A stretch of DNA of 63,234 nucleotides, counting the filler, from Folioceros fuciformis (taxonomy: Eukaryota): assembly GCA_049999805.1 (NCBI GenBank). It is 7 parts of 7 records of this genome, joined end to end, with 100 filler letters (N's around TTAATTAATTAA, not from the genome) between each part and the next. Parts side by side here need not be neighbours in the genome. Positions count along the whole stretch, not along the records: positions 61,222 to 63,234 come from JBNGIO010002952.1; 6 more parts are not named here. One strand, given 5' to 3'. This document shows, one piece after another, positions 62,871 to 63,234 of this stretch. Numbering within the stretch: position 1 is the stretch's first letter; each line of letters starts with the position of its first letter. A program made the position numbers and the translations under genes. The notes under the pieces were generated by a model. That model searched no databases and had not been told where the DNA came from. It saw only the letters and a list, made by a program, of their open reading frames with translations.

Positions 62871-63234
62871 ATGGAGATAAATATTGAGCTTGCGCTCACA
62901 GTCCTGTGTGTCGTCATAGCTACCAGCATCGCCACAGGCTGCAAGGTGGAGGCTTGGCGCAAGCGAAACCGGGCTATCAGAGATGGCGTTGCTGCCACTG
63001 CCAAGGTTGGGTCAAACCCGTTCCTGAACAGAATGGTCGACCCCAGCCCGTATAGTGCTGTAGAGAGAGCTCGGCACCCGGATGGCTGGCCTACTCAGGC
63101 AGACCGCAACTTGGTAGGACACCTGTCACTGATGCTGAAGAAGATGGAGAAGCTCGACGGCATCCTGCAGTCTGCTAAGCTGAGATTGATAGAGCTGGAA
63201 GACTTGTGCAGGACGATCCCTCCTCGTGAGCCAA
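62871..63234 (+). CDS. Open-ended ORF with N-terminal hydrophobic helix, antisense to the LTR element
   Basis: GCCATGG start; MEINIELALTVLCVVIATSIATGCKVEAWRKRNR...LSLMLKKMEKLDGILQSAKLRLIELE; 121 codons without a stop to the window end (absent from the ORF track). Confidence 0.55.
   Translation, partial: MEINIELALTVLCVVIATSIATGCKVEAWRKRNRAIRDGVAATAKVGSNPFLNRMVDPSPYSAVERARHPDGWPTQADRNLVGHLSLMLKKMEKLDGILQSAKLRLIELEDLCRTIPPREP

Overview
Nuclear DNA of a land plant. Short introns (~55-165 bp), an H2A.M-type histone and compact gene spacing suggest a non-seed plant, possibly a hornwort or other bryophyte (inference). The window is seven contigs joined by artificial N-TTAATTAATTAA-N linkers, so adjacency across the gaps is unproven. 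Apparently intact genes: intronless ABCF4-type ATPase, 12-exon KRR1, an H2A variant with a long K/A/P-rich tail, a CYP71-clan P450 with a GC-AG intron, tRNA-Gly(CCC), mitochondrial RPL13, a GT4 glycosyltransferase and a plastid CxxC-HxxC protein. A multi-exon meiotic axis gene, cut by a gap, combines an SYCP2-like N-terminal ARM-PH domain with an ASY3-like closure motif and coiled coil. Decayed material includes F-box pseudogenes, a chain of intron-containing gene fragments (plastid RsmB joined to OTP51), a degenerate tRNA-Gly, and many Copia, Gypsy and LINE remnants and tandem repeats. The two most notable observations are the ASY3/SYCP2 architecture and two LTR elements that each carry an antisense ORF with an N-terminal hydrophobic helix just inside the polypurine tract. 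All homology calls come from remembered motifs, not database searches.
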